This document shows, in pieces, positions 52,562 to 62,057 of a DNA stretch of 64,000 nt. This DNA comes from Gammaproteobacteria bacterium (GTDB lineage Bacteria > Pseudomonadota > Gammaproteobacteria > CBDBNL01 > JAAOII01). The notes under the pieces were generated by a model. It was not told where the DNA came from. It saw only the letters and a program-made list of their open reading frames with translations, and did no database searches. Location of the stretch: positions 672,001-736,000 of the forward strand of contig OZ242372.1 in NCBI GenBank assembly GCA_965209035.1, given 5' to 3'. The stretch's first letter is position 1, and the number at the start of each line of letters is the position of its first letter. Both the position numbers and the translations under genes were made by a program.

Positions 52562-55500
52562 TTACCGGTCTTGTGCCGAAAGGCCACCCGGCAGGCAGTT
52601 CAGAGCCGGGTATTGGCTGCTCGTGCCGAGATCCCAGACGCGGATGAAACCGAGCGGTTGGGAAGAACTTTCCCTTTCCTCGCCGGTGTTCGGGTTGCAC
52701 CAGAAGTTGCCCCAGTCGGCATAAATATTGTCCGTCCCCGTGAAGTCGGTCGGCGATTGTAATTCCAGCATGGTCTTACCTCCACCGGGATGACCGGCAC
52801 CGATTGGCTGTCCGGTGGTTTCAGTATCCCAGTAGGAAGCAATGACATCGGTGCCACTATTGGTACGGCCGATCAATCCACCGACAGCATTTTCACCTGA
52901 AACAAGCCCGGGGGCGGCATAAGAATAATTAATTTGAGCTCCTATCCCACTCCCAACCAGGCCGCCAATCCCAACCAGGTCGCGAGCAGAAAGACTCCCC
53001 GCGCCCCCGGAAACACTTCCGCCGAGCACATAGGCATGGCGAATATCCGCATCCTCACCATACCCAACCAGGCCGCCAACATAATTATTTCCGGCAACAT
53101 AATTACTTCCGGAAACATCTCCGCCGGACACGGACGCATAGCCAATATCCGCATTCTCACCATCCCCAACCAGGCCGCCAACAGCAGTACTCCCGATAAC
53201 ACTCACACCGGACACGGACGCATAGCCAATATCCGCATTCTCACCATCCCCAACCAGGCCGCCAGCAGCAGTACTCCCGGAAACACTTCCGCCGGACACG
53301 GACGCATTGTGAATATCCGCATTAAGCCCCTGCCCAACCAGGCCGCCAGCAGCAATAGTCCCGATAACATTTCCGCCGGACACGGACGCATTGCGAATAT
53401 CCGCATTAAGCCCCTGCCCAACCAGGCCGCCAGCAACATTCCCGAAAACACTTCCGCCGGACATGAACGCATTGCGAATATCCGCATTAAGCCCCTGCCC
53501 AACCAGGCCGCCGGCAATATTCCCGGAAACACTTCCGCCGGACATGGACGCATTGCGAATATCCGCATTCCTACCATACCCAACCAGGCCGCCGGCAATA
53601 TTCCCGAAAAGACTTCCGCCGGACACGGACGCATTGCGAATATCCGCATGCTCACCATACCCAACCAGGCCGCCCACAGCGCCGCCCACAGCAGTGGCAC
53701 CGCCAATGACATCCGCATTCAAGAGATGCAAATTTTGGATCTCACCGGTTAAGGCACCAAACAACCCCACTCCATAGGCAGTATTGCTCGCAGAGATGAA
53801 CAGATCGACAATACGATAACCGCCGCCGTCAAAGATTCCGGTATAAGAGGTGCAATCATTCACAGAGGAACAAGAGCCGATCGGCTGCCAGCCGCTGCCG
53901 GTCGTCCAGACAGTCGGGTTGCCACTGCCCGCGGCATAGGAATCCGCATCACCAAAATTCAACGAGCGAGTCAGCTCATAACCCACACAGCCGCCGTCAT
54001 CGTCATCCGGGCAACCCATAGAACCCACAGAGGTGATCTCGGGGATACGGTCATCATCCGCCCCATCGCCGTTCAGATCATCGCGCAGCCGTGCCAAGTC
54101 ATCCAAAGTGTGGATCTCTATCAAGCCATTATTATCGTCATCCACATCCTCTGTCAAGATAGTATTCACACCGGTCGTGCAACCGGCAGATAATCTATCC
54201 GGCATGCCGTCCTCATCCGTATCGGTGCTCGCACAGGCATCCGTCACAAACGCATCGCCCGTATCCGCCACGCCATCATTGTCATCGTCCGAATCTTCAT
54301 CTGTGTCGCGACAGCCGTCACCGTCATGGTCCGCGGACGCATTGGAAGTCCAGCCGATAACACCGGTCGGACAAGTATCGTCCGTATCCGCCACGCCATC
54401 ATTGTCATCGTCCGAATCTTCATCTGTGTCGCGACAGCCGTCACCGTCATGGTCCGCGGACGCATTGGAAGTCCAGCCGGTAACACCGGTCGGGCAAGTA
54501 TCGGCCGTATCCGCCACGCCATCATTGTCATCGTCCGAATCTTCATCTGTGTCGCGACAGCCGTCACCGTCATGGTCCGCGGACGCATTGGAAGTCCAGC
54601 CGGTAACACCGGCCGGGCAAGTATCCGCAAGATCCGCCACATCGTCATTGTCATCGTCCGGATCTTCATCTGTGTCGCGACAGCCGTCACCGTCATGGTC
54701 CGCGGACGCATTGGAAGTCCAGCCGATAACACCGATCGGACAAGTATCGGCCGTATCCGCCACGCCATCATTGTCATCGTCCGGATCTTCTGTTAAGGTA
54801 GTATTCACACCGGTCGTGCAACCGGCAGATAATCTGTCCGGATTGCCGTCCTCATCCGTGTCGATGCTCGCACAGGCATCCGTCACAAACGCATCGTCCG
54901 GATCCGCCACGCCATCATTATCATCGTCCGAATCTTCATCTGTATCGCGACAGCCGTCACCGTCATGGTCCGCGGACGCATTGGAAGTCCAGCCGGTAAC
55001 ACCGGCCGGGCAAGTATCCGCAAGATCCGCCACATCGTCATTGTCATCGTCCGAATCTTCATCTGTGTCGCGACAGCCGTCACCGTCATGGTCCGCGGAC
55101 GCATTGGAAGTCCAGCCGGTAACACCAATCGGACAAGTATCCGCAAGATCCTCCACATCGTCATTGTCATCGTCCGAATCTTCATCTGTGTCGCGACAGC
55201 CGTCACCGTCATGGTCCGCGGACGCATTGGAAGTCCAGCCGGTAACACCGGTCGGACAAGTATCCGCAAGATCCTCCACATCGTCATTGTCATCGTCCGA
55301 ATCTTCATCTGTGTCGCGACAACCGTCACCGTCATGGTCCGCGGACGCATTGGAAGTCCAGCCGGTAACACCGGCCGGACAAGTATCATCCGTATCCGCC
55401 ACGCCATCATTGTCATCGTCCGAATCTTCATCTGTGTCGCGACAGCCGTCACCGTCATGGTCCGCGGACGCATTGGAAGTCCAGCCGGTAACACCAATCG

Positions 55501-58500
55501 GACAAGTATCCGCAAGATCCTCCACATCGTCATTGTCATCGTCCGAATCTTCATCTGTGTCGCGACAGCCGTCACCGTCATGGTCCGCGGACGCATTGGA
55601 AGCCCAGCCGGTAACACCGGCCGGGCAAGTATCCGCAAGATCCGCCACATCGTCATTGTCATCGTCCGAATCTTCATCTGTGTCGCGACAGCCGTCACCG
55701 TCATGGTCCGCGGACACATTGGAAGTCCAGCCGGTAACACCGATCGGGCAAGTATCGGCCGTATCCGCCACGCCATCATTGTCATCGTCCGAATCTTCAT
55801 CTGTGTCGCGACAGCCGTCACCATCATGGTCCGCGGACACATTGGAAGTCCAGCCGGTAACACCGATCGGGCAAGTATCGGCCGTATCCGCCACGCCATC
55901 ATTGTCATCGTCCGAATCTTCATCTGTGTCGCGACAGCCGTCACCATCATGGTCCGCGGACGCATTGGAAGTCCAGCCAGTAACACCGGTCGGACAAGTA
56001 TCCGCAAGATCATCCACATCGTCATTGTCATCGTCCGAATCTTCATCTGTGTCGCGACAGCCGTCACCGTCATGGTCCGCGGACGCATTGGAAGTCCAGC
56101 CAGTAACACCGGTCGGACAAGTATCCGCAAGATCCTTCACATCGTCATTATCATCGTCCGAATCTTCATCTGTGTCGCGACAGCCGTCACCGTCATGGTC
56201 CGCGGACGCATTGGAAGTCCAGCCGGTAACACCGGCCGGGCAAGTATCCGCAAGATCCTCCACATCGTCATTGTCATCGTCCGAATCTTCATCTGTGTCG
56301 CGACAGCCGTCACCATCATGGTCCGCGGACACATTGGAAGTCCAGCCGATAACACCGGTCGGACAAGTATCCGCAAGATCCTCCACACCGTCATTGTCAT
56401 CGTCCGAATCTTCATCTGTGTCGCGACAGCCGTCACCGTCATGGTCCGCGGACGCATTGGAAGTCCAGCCGGTAACACCGGCCGGACAAGTATCCGCAAG
56501 ATCCTCCACATCGTCATTGTCATCGTCCGAATCTTCATCTGTGTCGCGACAGCCGTCACCGTCATGGTCCGCGGACGCATTGGAAGTCCAGCCGGTAACA
56601 CCGGTCGGGCAAGTATCCGCAAGATCCTCCACATCGTCATTGTCATCGTCCGGATCTTCATCTGTGTCGCGACAGCCGTCACCGTCATGGTCCGCGGACA
56701 CATTGGAAGTCCAGCCAATCACACCGGTCGGGCAAGTATCCGCAAGATCCTCCACATCGTCATTGTCATCGTCCGAATCTTCATCTGTGTCGCGACAGCC
56801 GTCACCATCATGGTCCGCGGACGCATTGGAAGTCCAGCCGGTAACACCGGCCGGACAAGTATCCGTACTGTCTCCCAGACCATCATTGTCATCGTCCGGA
56901 TCTTCATCTGTGTCGCGACAGCCGTCCCCGTCATGGTCCGCGGACACATTGGAAGTCCAGCCGGTAACACCGGTCGGGCAAGTATCCGCAAGATCCTCCA
57001 CATCGTCATTGTCATCGTCCGGATCTTCATCTGTGTCGCGACAGCCGTCACCGTCATGGTCCGCGGACGCATTGGAAGTCCAGCCAATCACACCGGTCGG
57101 GCAAGTATCGGCCGTATCCGCCACGCCATCATTGTCATCGTCCGAATCTTCATCTGTGTCGCGACAGCCGTCACCATCATGGTCCGCGGACACATTGGAA
57201 GTCCAGCCGGTAACACCGGTCGGACAAGTATCGGCCGTATCCGCCACGCCATCATTGTCATCGTCCGGATCTTCATCTGTGTCGCGACAGCCATCACCGT
57301 CATGGTCCGCGGACGCATTGGAAGTCCAGCCGGTAACACCGGTCGGGCAAGTATCGGCCGTATCCGCCACGCCATCATTGTCATCGTCCGAATCTTCATC
57401 TGTGTCGCGACAGCCGTCACCGTCATGGTCCGCGGACGCATTGGAAGTCCAGCCGGTAACACCAGTCGGGCAAGTATCGGCCGTATCCGCCACATCGTCA
57501 TTGTCATCGTCCGGATCTTCATCTGTGTCGCGACAGCCGTCACCGTCATGATCCGCGGACACATTGGAAGTCCAGCCGGTAACACCGGTCGGACAAGTAT
57601 CGGCCGTATCCGCCACGCCATCATTGTCATCGTCCGAATCTTCATCTGTGTCGCGACAGCCGTCACCGTCATGGTCCGCGGACGCATTGGAAGTCCAGCC
57701 GGTAACACCGGTCGGACAAGTATCCGTACTGTCTCCCAGACCATCATTGTCATCGTCCGAATCTTCATCTGTGTCGCGACAACCGTCACCGTCATGGTCC
57801 GCGGACGCATTGGAAGTCCAGCCGGTAACACCGGTTGGGCAAGTATCCGCAAGATCATCCACATCGTCATTGTCATCGTCCGAATCTTCATCTGTGTCGC
57901 GACAGCCGTCACCGTCATGGTCCGCGGACGCATTGGAAGTCCAGCCAATCACACCGGTCGGGCAAGTATCCGCAAGATCATCCACATCGTCATTGTCATC
58001 GTCCGAATCTTCATCTGTGTCGCGACAGCCGTCACCATCATGGTCCGCGGACACATTGGAAGTCCAGCCGGTAACACCGGTCGGGCAAGTATCCGCAAGA
58101 TCATCCACATCGTCATTGTCATCGTCCGGATCTTCATCTGTGTCGCGACAGCCGTCACCATCATGGTCCGCGGACGCATTGGAAGTCCAGCCGGTAACAC
58201 CGGTCGGACAAGTATCCGCAAGATCATCCACGCCATCATTGTCATCGTCCGGATCTTCATCTGTGTCGCGACAGCCGTCACCATCATGGTCCGCGGACGC
58301 ATTGGAAGTCCAGCCGGTAACACCGGTCGGACAAGTATCCGCAAGATCCTCCACATCGTCATTGTCATCGTCCGGATCTTCATCTGTGTCGCGACAGCCA
58401 TCACTGTCATGGTCCGCGGACGCATTGGAAGTCCAGCCAATCACACCGGTCGGGCAAGTATCCGTACTGTCTCCCAGACCATCATTGTCATCGTCCGAAT

Positions 58501-60754
58501 CTTCATCTGTGTCGCGACAGCCGTCACCGTCATGGTCCGCGGACGCATTGGAAGTCCAGCCGGTAACACCGATCGGGCAAGTATCCGCAAGATCATCCAC
58601 ATCGTCATTGTCATCGTCCGAATCTTCATCTGTGTCGCGACAGCCGTCACCGTCATGGTCCGCGGACGCATTGGAAGTCCAGCCGGTAACACCGGCCGGG
58701 CAAGTATCCGCAAGATCCTCCACATCGTCATTGTCATCGTCCGAATCTTCATCTGTGTCGCGACAGCCGTCACCGTCATGGTCCGCGGACGCATTGGAAG
58801 TCCAGCCGGTAACACCGGCCGGGCAAGTATCCGCAAGATCCTCCACATCGTCATTGTCATCGTCCGAATCTTCATCTGTGTCGCGACAGCCGTCACCGTC
58901 ATGGTCCGCGGACGCATTGGAAGTCCAGCCGGTAACACCGGCCGGGCAAGTATCCGCAAGATCCTCCACATCGTCATTGTCATCGTCCGAATCTTCATCT
59001 GTGTCGCGACAGCCGTCACCGTCATGGTCCGCGGACGCATTGGAAGTCCAGCCGGTAACACCGGTCGGGCAAGTATCCGCAAGATCCTCCACACCGTCAT
59101 TGTCATCGTCCGGATCTTCATCTGTGTCGCGACAGCCGTCACCGTCATGGTCCGCGGACACATTGGAAGTCCAGCCAATCACACCGGTCGGGCAAGTATC
59201 CGCAAGATCCTCCACATCGTCATTGTCATCGTCCGAATCTTCATCTGTGTCGCGACAGCCGTCACCGTCATGGTCCGCGGACACATTGGAAGTCCAGCCG
59301 GTAACACCGGCCGGGCAAGTATCCGCAAGATCCTCCACATCGTCATTGTCATCGTCCAAGTCTTCTATTAAGGTAGTATTTGTGCAACCGACAATCAAAC
59401 TATCCGGCATGCCATCCTGATCCGTATCAAGGCTCGCACAGGCATCCGTCACAAACGCATCGTCCGCATCCGCCACGCCATCATTGTCATCGTCCGGATC
59501 TTCATCTGTGTCGCGACAGCCGTCACCGTCATGGTCCGCGGACACATTGGAAGTCCAGCCGGTAACACCGGCCGGACAAGTATCGACCGTATCCGCCACG
59601 CCATCATTGTCATCGTCCAAGTCTTCTATTAAAGTAGTATTTGTGCAACCGACAATCAAACTATCCGGCATACCATCCTGATCCGTATCGGTACTCGCAC
59701 AGACATCCGTCACAAACGCATCGTCCGGATCCGCCACGCCATCATCGTCATCGCCCGAATCTTCACCTGTGTCGCGACAGCCATCACCGTCATGGTCCGC
59801 GGACGCATTGGAAGTCCAGCCGGTAACACCGGCCGGACAAGTATCGTCCGTATCCGGCACGCCATCATTGTCATCGTCCGGATCTTCTGTTAAGGTAGTA
59901 TTCACACCGGTCGTGCAGCCGGCAGATAATCTGTCCGGATTGCCGTCCTCATCCGTATCGGTGCTCGCACAGGCATCCGTCACAAACGCATCGCCCGTAT
60001 CCGGCACGCCATCATTGTCATCATCCGGATCTTTCGTCAAGTCTGTTTGACAACCCGCAACCACACTATCCGGCTTGCCGTCATTATCCGTGTCGGTACT
60101 CGCACATGCATCCGTCGGAAACGCATCTACGTCATTCAAGGTATCATCATCGTCAATATCTGTGCCTACACCCGCATCCGCTCCCGTTGTACTTGACACA
60201 GGAGGTGAGGTCACGATAGTGCCGCTCTCATAACGCACCGCAATCGTGATGTTGTAGGCGATGTTATTGGTTAAGCTCGTAATGTTGTAGATGACCCGAG
60301 CAAGCGGCGAAACATCCGCCATGGTAGAATTAAGTTCTTTTCTGCCGCCATCGCTCGCATCGTCACTGCGTGTGGTAATAACGAACCTGTCGATATTATC
60401 CGGAGCCGGATTAGTCCAACCCACAAGAATATAATCCGCACCGGCCAGAGTCTGGATATTGGAAACAGCCGGGGAATTCTGCGGAGCGGGATCGCCACCG
60501 CCACCGATGCTGCCGCCGCCACCGATGCTGCCGCTGCCGCCGCTGCCACAACCTGTCAGGACCAAACTGAACATACCCGCCAGCAGCACACCGTAAAAAC
60601 TAGCCGGTATGCACATCCGTCGTGCCCTATTGGGTTCGGGGAAAGCCTTTTTAAAGGCATTAAGAGTATTAAGGAGACGCACAGATACCGCCCCTCTTTG
60701 TTCGCGGCGCATTGCTTTCGCCGACCGCACAGGAAAAAAGTGTAACTGATTCAT
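52562..60754 (-). CDS. Giant surface lipoprotein 3 (2730 aa): FN3-like domain, about 42 x 41-aa TSP3-like repeats, GLUG domain
   Basis: Lipobox LVLTGC; repeat DTCPTGVTGWTSNASADHDGDGCRDTDEDSDDDNDDVEDLA; 10 GGL(V/I)G units. Confidence 0.9.
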   Translation of the reverse strand: MNQLHFFPVRSAKAMRREQRGAVSVRLLNTLNAFKKAFPEPNRARRMCIPASFYGVLLAGMFSLVLTGCGSGGSGSIGGGGSIGGGGDPAPQNSPAVSNIQTLAGADYILVGWTNPAPDNIDRFVITTRSDDASDGGRKELNSTMADVSPLARVIYNITSLTNNIAYNITIAVRYESGTIVTSPPVSSTTGADAGVGTDIDDDDTLNDVDAFPTDACASTDTDNDGKPDSVVAGCQTDLTKDPDDDNDGVPDTGDAFVTDACASTDTDEDGNPDRLSAGCTTGVNTTLTEDPDDDNDGVPDTDDTCPAGVTGWTSNASADHDGDGCRDTGEDSGDDDDGVADPDDAFVTDVCASTDTDQDGMPDSLIVGCTNTTLIEDLDDDNDGVADTVDTCPAGVTGWTSNVSADHDGDGCRDTDEDPDDDNDGVADADDAFVTDACASLDTDQDGMPDSLIVGCTNTTLIEDLDDDNDDVEDLADTCPAGVTGWTSNVSADHDGDGCRDTDEDSDDDNDDVEDLADTCPTGVIGWTSNVSADHDGDGCRDTDEDPDDDNDGVEDLADTCPTGVTGWTSNASADHDGDGCRDTDEDSDDDNDDVEDLADTCPAGVTGWTSNASADHDGDGCRDTDEDSDDDNDDVEDLADTCPAGVTGWTSNASADHDGDGCRDTDEDSDDDNDDVEDLADTCPAGVTGWTSNASADHDGDGCRDTDEDSDDDNDDVDDLADTCPIGVTGWTSNASADHDGDGCRDTDEDSDDDNDGLGDSTDTCPTGVIGWTSNASADHDSDGCRDTDEDPDDDNDDVEDLADTCPTGVTGWTSNASADHDGDGCRDTDEDPDDDNDGVDDLADTCPTGVTGWTSNASADHDGDGCRDTDEDPDDDNDDVDDLADTCPTGVTGWTSNVSADHDGDGCRDTDEDSDDDNDDVDDLADTCPTGVIGWTSNASADHDGDGCRDTDEDSDDDNDDVDDLADTCPTGVTGWTSNASADHDGDGCRDTDEDSDDDNDGLGDSTDTCPTGVTGWTSNASADHDGDGCRDTDEDSDDDNDGVADTADTCPTGVTGWTSNVSADHDGDGCRDTDEDPDDDNDDVADTADTCPTGVTGWTSNASADHDGDGCRDTDEDSDDDNDGVADTADTCPTGVTGWTSNASADHDGDGCRDTDEDPDDDNDGVADTADTCPTGVTGWTSNVSADHDGDGCRDTDEDSDDDNDGVADTADTCPTGVIGWTSNASADHDGDGCRDTDEDPDDDNDDVEDLADTCPTGVTGWTSNVSADHDGDGCRDTDEDPDDDNDGLGDSTDTCPAGVTGWTSNASADHDGDGCRDTDEDSDDDNDDVEDLADTCPTGVIGWTSNVSADHDGDGCRDTDEDPDDDNDDVEDLADTCPTGVTGWTSNASADHDGDGCRDTDEDSDDDNDDVEDLADTCPAGVTGWTSNASADHDGDGCRDTDEDSDDDNDGVEDLADTCPTGVIGWTSNVSADHDGDGCRDTDEDSDDDNDDVEDLADTCPAGVTGWTSNASADHDGDGCRDTDEDSDDDNDDVKDLADTCPTGVTGWTSNASADHDGDGCRDTDEDSDDDNDDVDDLADTCPTGVTGWTSNASADHDGDGCRDTDEDSDDDNDGVADTADTCPIGVTGWTSNVSADHDGDGCRDTDEDSDDDNDGVADTADTCPIGVTGWTSNVSADHDGDGCRDTDEDSDDDNDDVADLADTCPAGVTGWASNASADHDGDGCRDTDEDSDDDNDDVEDLADTCPIGVTGWTSNASADHDGDGCRDTDEDSDDDNDGVADTDDTCPAGVTGWTSNASADHDGDGCRDTDEDSDDDNDDVEDLADTCPTGVTGWTSNASADHDGDGCRDTDEDSDDDNDDVEDLADTCPIGVTGWTSNASADHDGDGCRDTDEDSDDDNDDVADLADTCPAGVTGWTSNASADHDGDGCRDTDEDSDDDNDGVADPDDAFVTDACASIDTDEDGNPDRLSAGCTTGVNTTLTEDPDDDNDGVADTADTCPIGVIGWTSNASADHDGDGCRDTDEDPDDDNDDVADLADTCPAGVTGWTSNASADHDGDGCRDTDEDSDDDNDGVADTADTCPTGVTGWTSNASADHDGDGCRDTDEDSDDDNDGVADTDDTCPTGVIGWTSNASADHDGDGCRDTDEDSDDDNDGVADTGDAFVTDACASTDTDEDGMPDRLSAGCTTGVNTILTEDVDDDNNGLIEIHTLDDLARLRDDLNGDGADDDRIPEITSVGSMGCPDDDDGGCVGYELTRSLNFGDADSYAAGSGNPTVWTTGSGWQPIGSCSSVNDCTSYTGIFDGGGYRIVDLFISASNTAYGVGLFGALTGEIQNLHLLNADVIGGATAVGGAVGGLVGYGEHADIRNASVSGGSLFGNIAGGLVGYGRNADIRNASMSGGSVSGNIAGGLVGQGLNADIRNAFMSGGSVFGNVAGGLVGQGLNADIRNASVSGGNVIGTIAAGGLVGQGLNADIHNASVSGGSVSGSTAAGGLVGDGENADIGYASVSGVSVIGSTAVGGLVGDGENADIGYASVSGGDVSGSNYVAGNNYVGGLVGYGEDADIRHAYVLGGSVSGGAGSLSARDLVGIGGLVGSGIGAQINYSYAAPGLVSGENAVGGLIGRTNSGTDVIASYWDTETTGQPIGAGHPGGGKTMLELQSPTDFTGTDNIYADWGNFWCNPNTGEERESSSQPLGFIRVWDLGTSSQYPALNCLPGGLSAQDR
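54278..59345 (-). repeat. 123-bp coding tandem repeat (36 contiguous units plus a 4-unit block; 2 more units nearer the 5' end)
   Basis: 54917-59345 spans 36 x 123 bp and 54278-54770 spans 4 x 123 bp. Confidence 0.93.
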
Positions 60755-60770
60755 TACTTTCTATTGTTTA

Positions 60771-61475
60771 GGGGCTAGACTAATTGAGGGGTCTTTTTCT
60801 TAACAATTTTAACATGACTTGATAGAAGTTTTCGTTCCGGTGATTGAAACGGAACTCGCATTCTTTCAAGTGCAACAAACCAGACACGTCTTGGTATAAC
60901 TCCAAAAGATTTCTATCCCATTGATGTAATTCGTTCCCACAGCAAACTCCTTGTCTCCATGACGAACCAGATAATGTTTCTTATAAACCATATCGATCAA
61001 TCCATTATAACCCTTCCGGCTATCCGTGCGGATGATACTATCCTCACCGACACGACCACGAATCACGCGTAATAACCGGCTTTTTGAGCAGTCCGGCACA
61101 ATCTCCGCAGACACTTTGCCACCGCGTTTGAGCACACCAACGACAATGGTCTTGCTGCCGGCACCGCGACCACGAGGAGCGGGAATACGTTTTCGTCCAA
61201 AATAACTCTCATCCACTTCAAATTCACCACAGGATGTTTTTTGACAGCGACAGGCCCCCGCCAGCCGTTGCCGGAACATCATCAAATATTTGTTCACCGC
61301 ATTACGATTCAATCCGGTCAGTATTGCTATCTTATTGGCCTCAAGATCCGGGGCAAATAGCTTGATCATCTGCCAAAATTTCCGCTCCAAGATTCTGAAA
61401 CGGAAAACATACCGGTTTTTCCTTGTATTTACTGGCATTTATGCTCATATTTTACCTCTCAATTAGTCTAGCCCC
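60771..61475 (-). mobile_element. IS1595-family (IS1016-like) insertion sequence, 705 bp
   Basis: Perfect 18-bp IRs GGGGCTAGACTAATTGAG and CTCAATTAGTCTAGCCCC. Confidence 0.9.
60779..61438 (-). pseudogene. IS1595/IS1016-type transposase, frameshifted near the C-terminus
   Basis: FEVDESYFG, RGRGAGSK, RTDS, INGIEIFWS; ORF stops at 60866 while LHLKECEFRFNHR continues in another frame. Confidence 0.8.
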
Positions 61476-61536
61476 TTATTTTTTGAGCATCACTCAACCA
61501 TTATTATAACTTTAATTTCCAAAATCATGTGTATCA

Positions 61537-62057
61537 TGCATATCATTCCACCCATTTCCGGACTTTTGTTGTTTTTGTAAAAATTGGATCGGCGAGAGTT
61601 GTTTGTGAGCATCGCGGGGATCTGCTAAATGATATCAACGCATCCCTCTCATTTCAAATCCGCAGGGCAGCCGCACCCGCACCCGTATAGCGCACTGTGT
61701 CGCAAGCGAGAGTGCCGCGACAGATTTTGAACAACAGGCCGCCGCCCGCACCGCGGAGACCGGAGTAGTTGGCAGTCCGGCTTACTCGCCTTATATTTTT
61801 ATTCTTGCGGCACTTGAACCCGGCACCCTCCTGTTTGCGGGTTCCTTAATAAGTTGAGGGAAAAACGCGTATCAGCCAGCATAAAAGACCCGGGTGCCCG
61901 CCAATAGATTTCGAATAATAGATGATGAGAGGCAGAGGCTAAGAAGAAGTTGGAAGTTGGGCGAGCAGTCGTCTTATTTGTCGTGCTCTGCCCTGCCTCG
62001 TCCTGTCCCGCCCCGATCTGCCGGTCCGTTCCGGGGCTTCCCTCTTGCCGGCCTCTC
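61537..62057 (-). repeat. Cassette 3' module 4: degenerate IS481 right end, diverged leader homolog, conserved block
   Basis: CCACCCATTTCCGGACTTTTGTTGTTTTTGTAAAAATTGGATCGGCGAGAG, then sequence closely similar to 52050-52300. Confidence 0.82.

Noticed and set aside
46802-53777. + strand repeat ORFs such as ANIRILTIPNQAA opposite the GLUG domains
   Set aside because: Antisense readings of the GLUG repeats
54278-59345. 123-bp array as a CRISPR array
   Set aside because: Units are contiguous with no unique spacers, are protein-coding, and no cas genes are visible
54033-59420. Very long + strand ORFs (1172, 1468 and 618 aa)
   Set aside because: Antisense shadows of the in-frame 123-bp coding repeat; the minus-strand frame has the lipobox and domain structure
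46062-62057. Cassette array as an integron
   Set aside because: No tyrosine recombinase and no attC-like pattern seen; boundaries match IS481 ends instead
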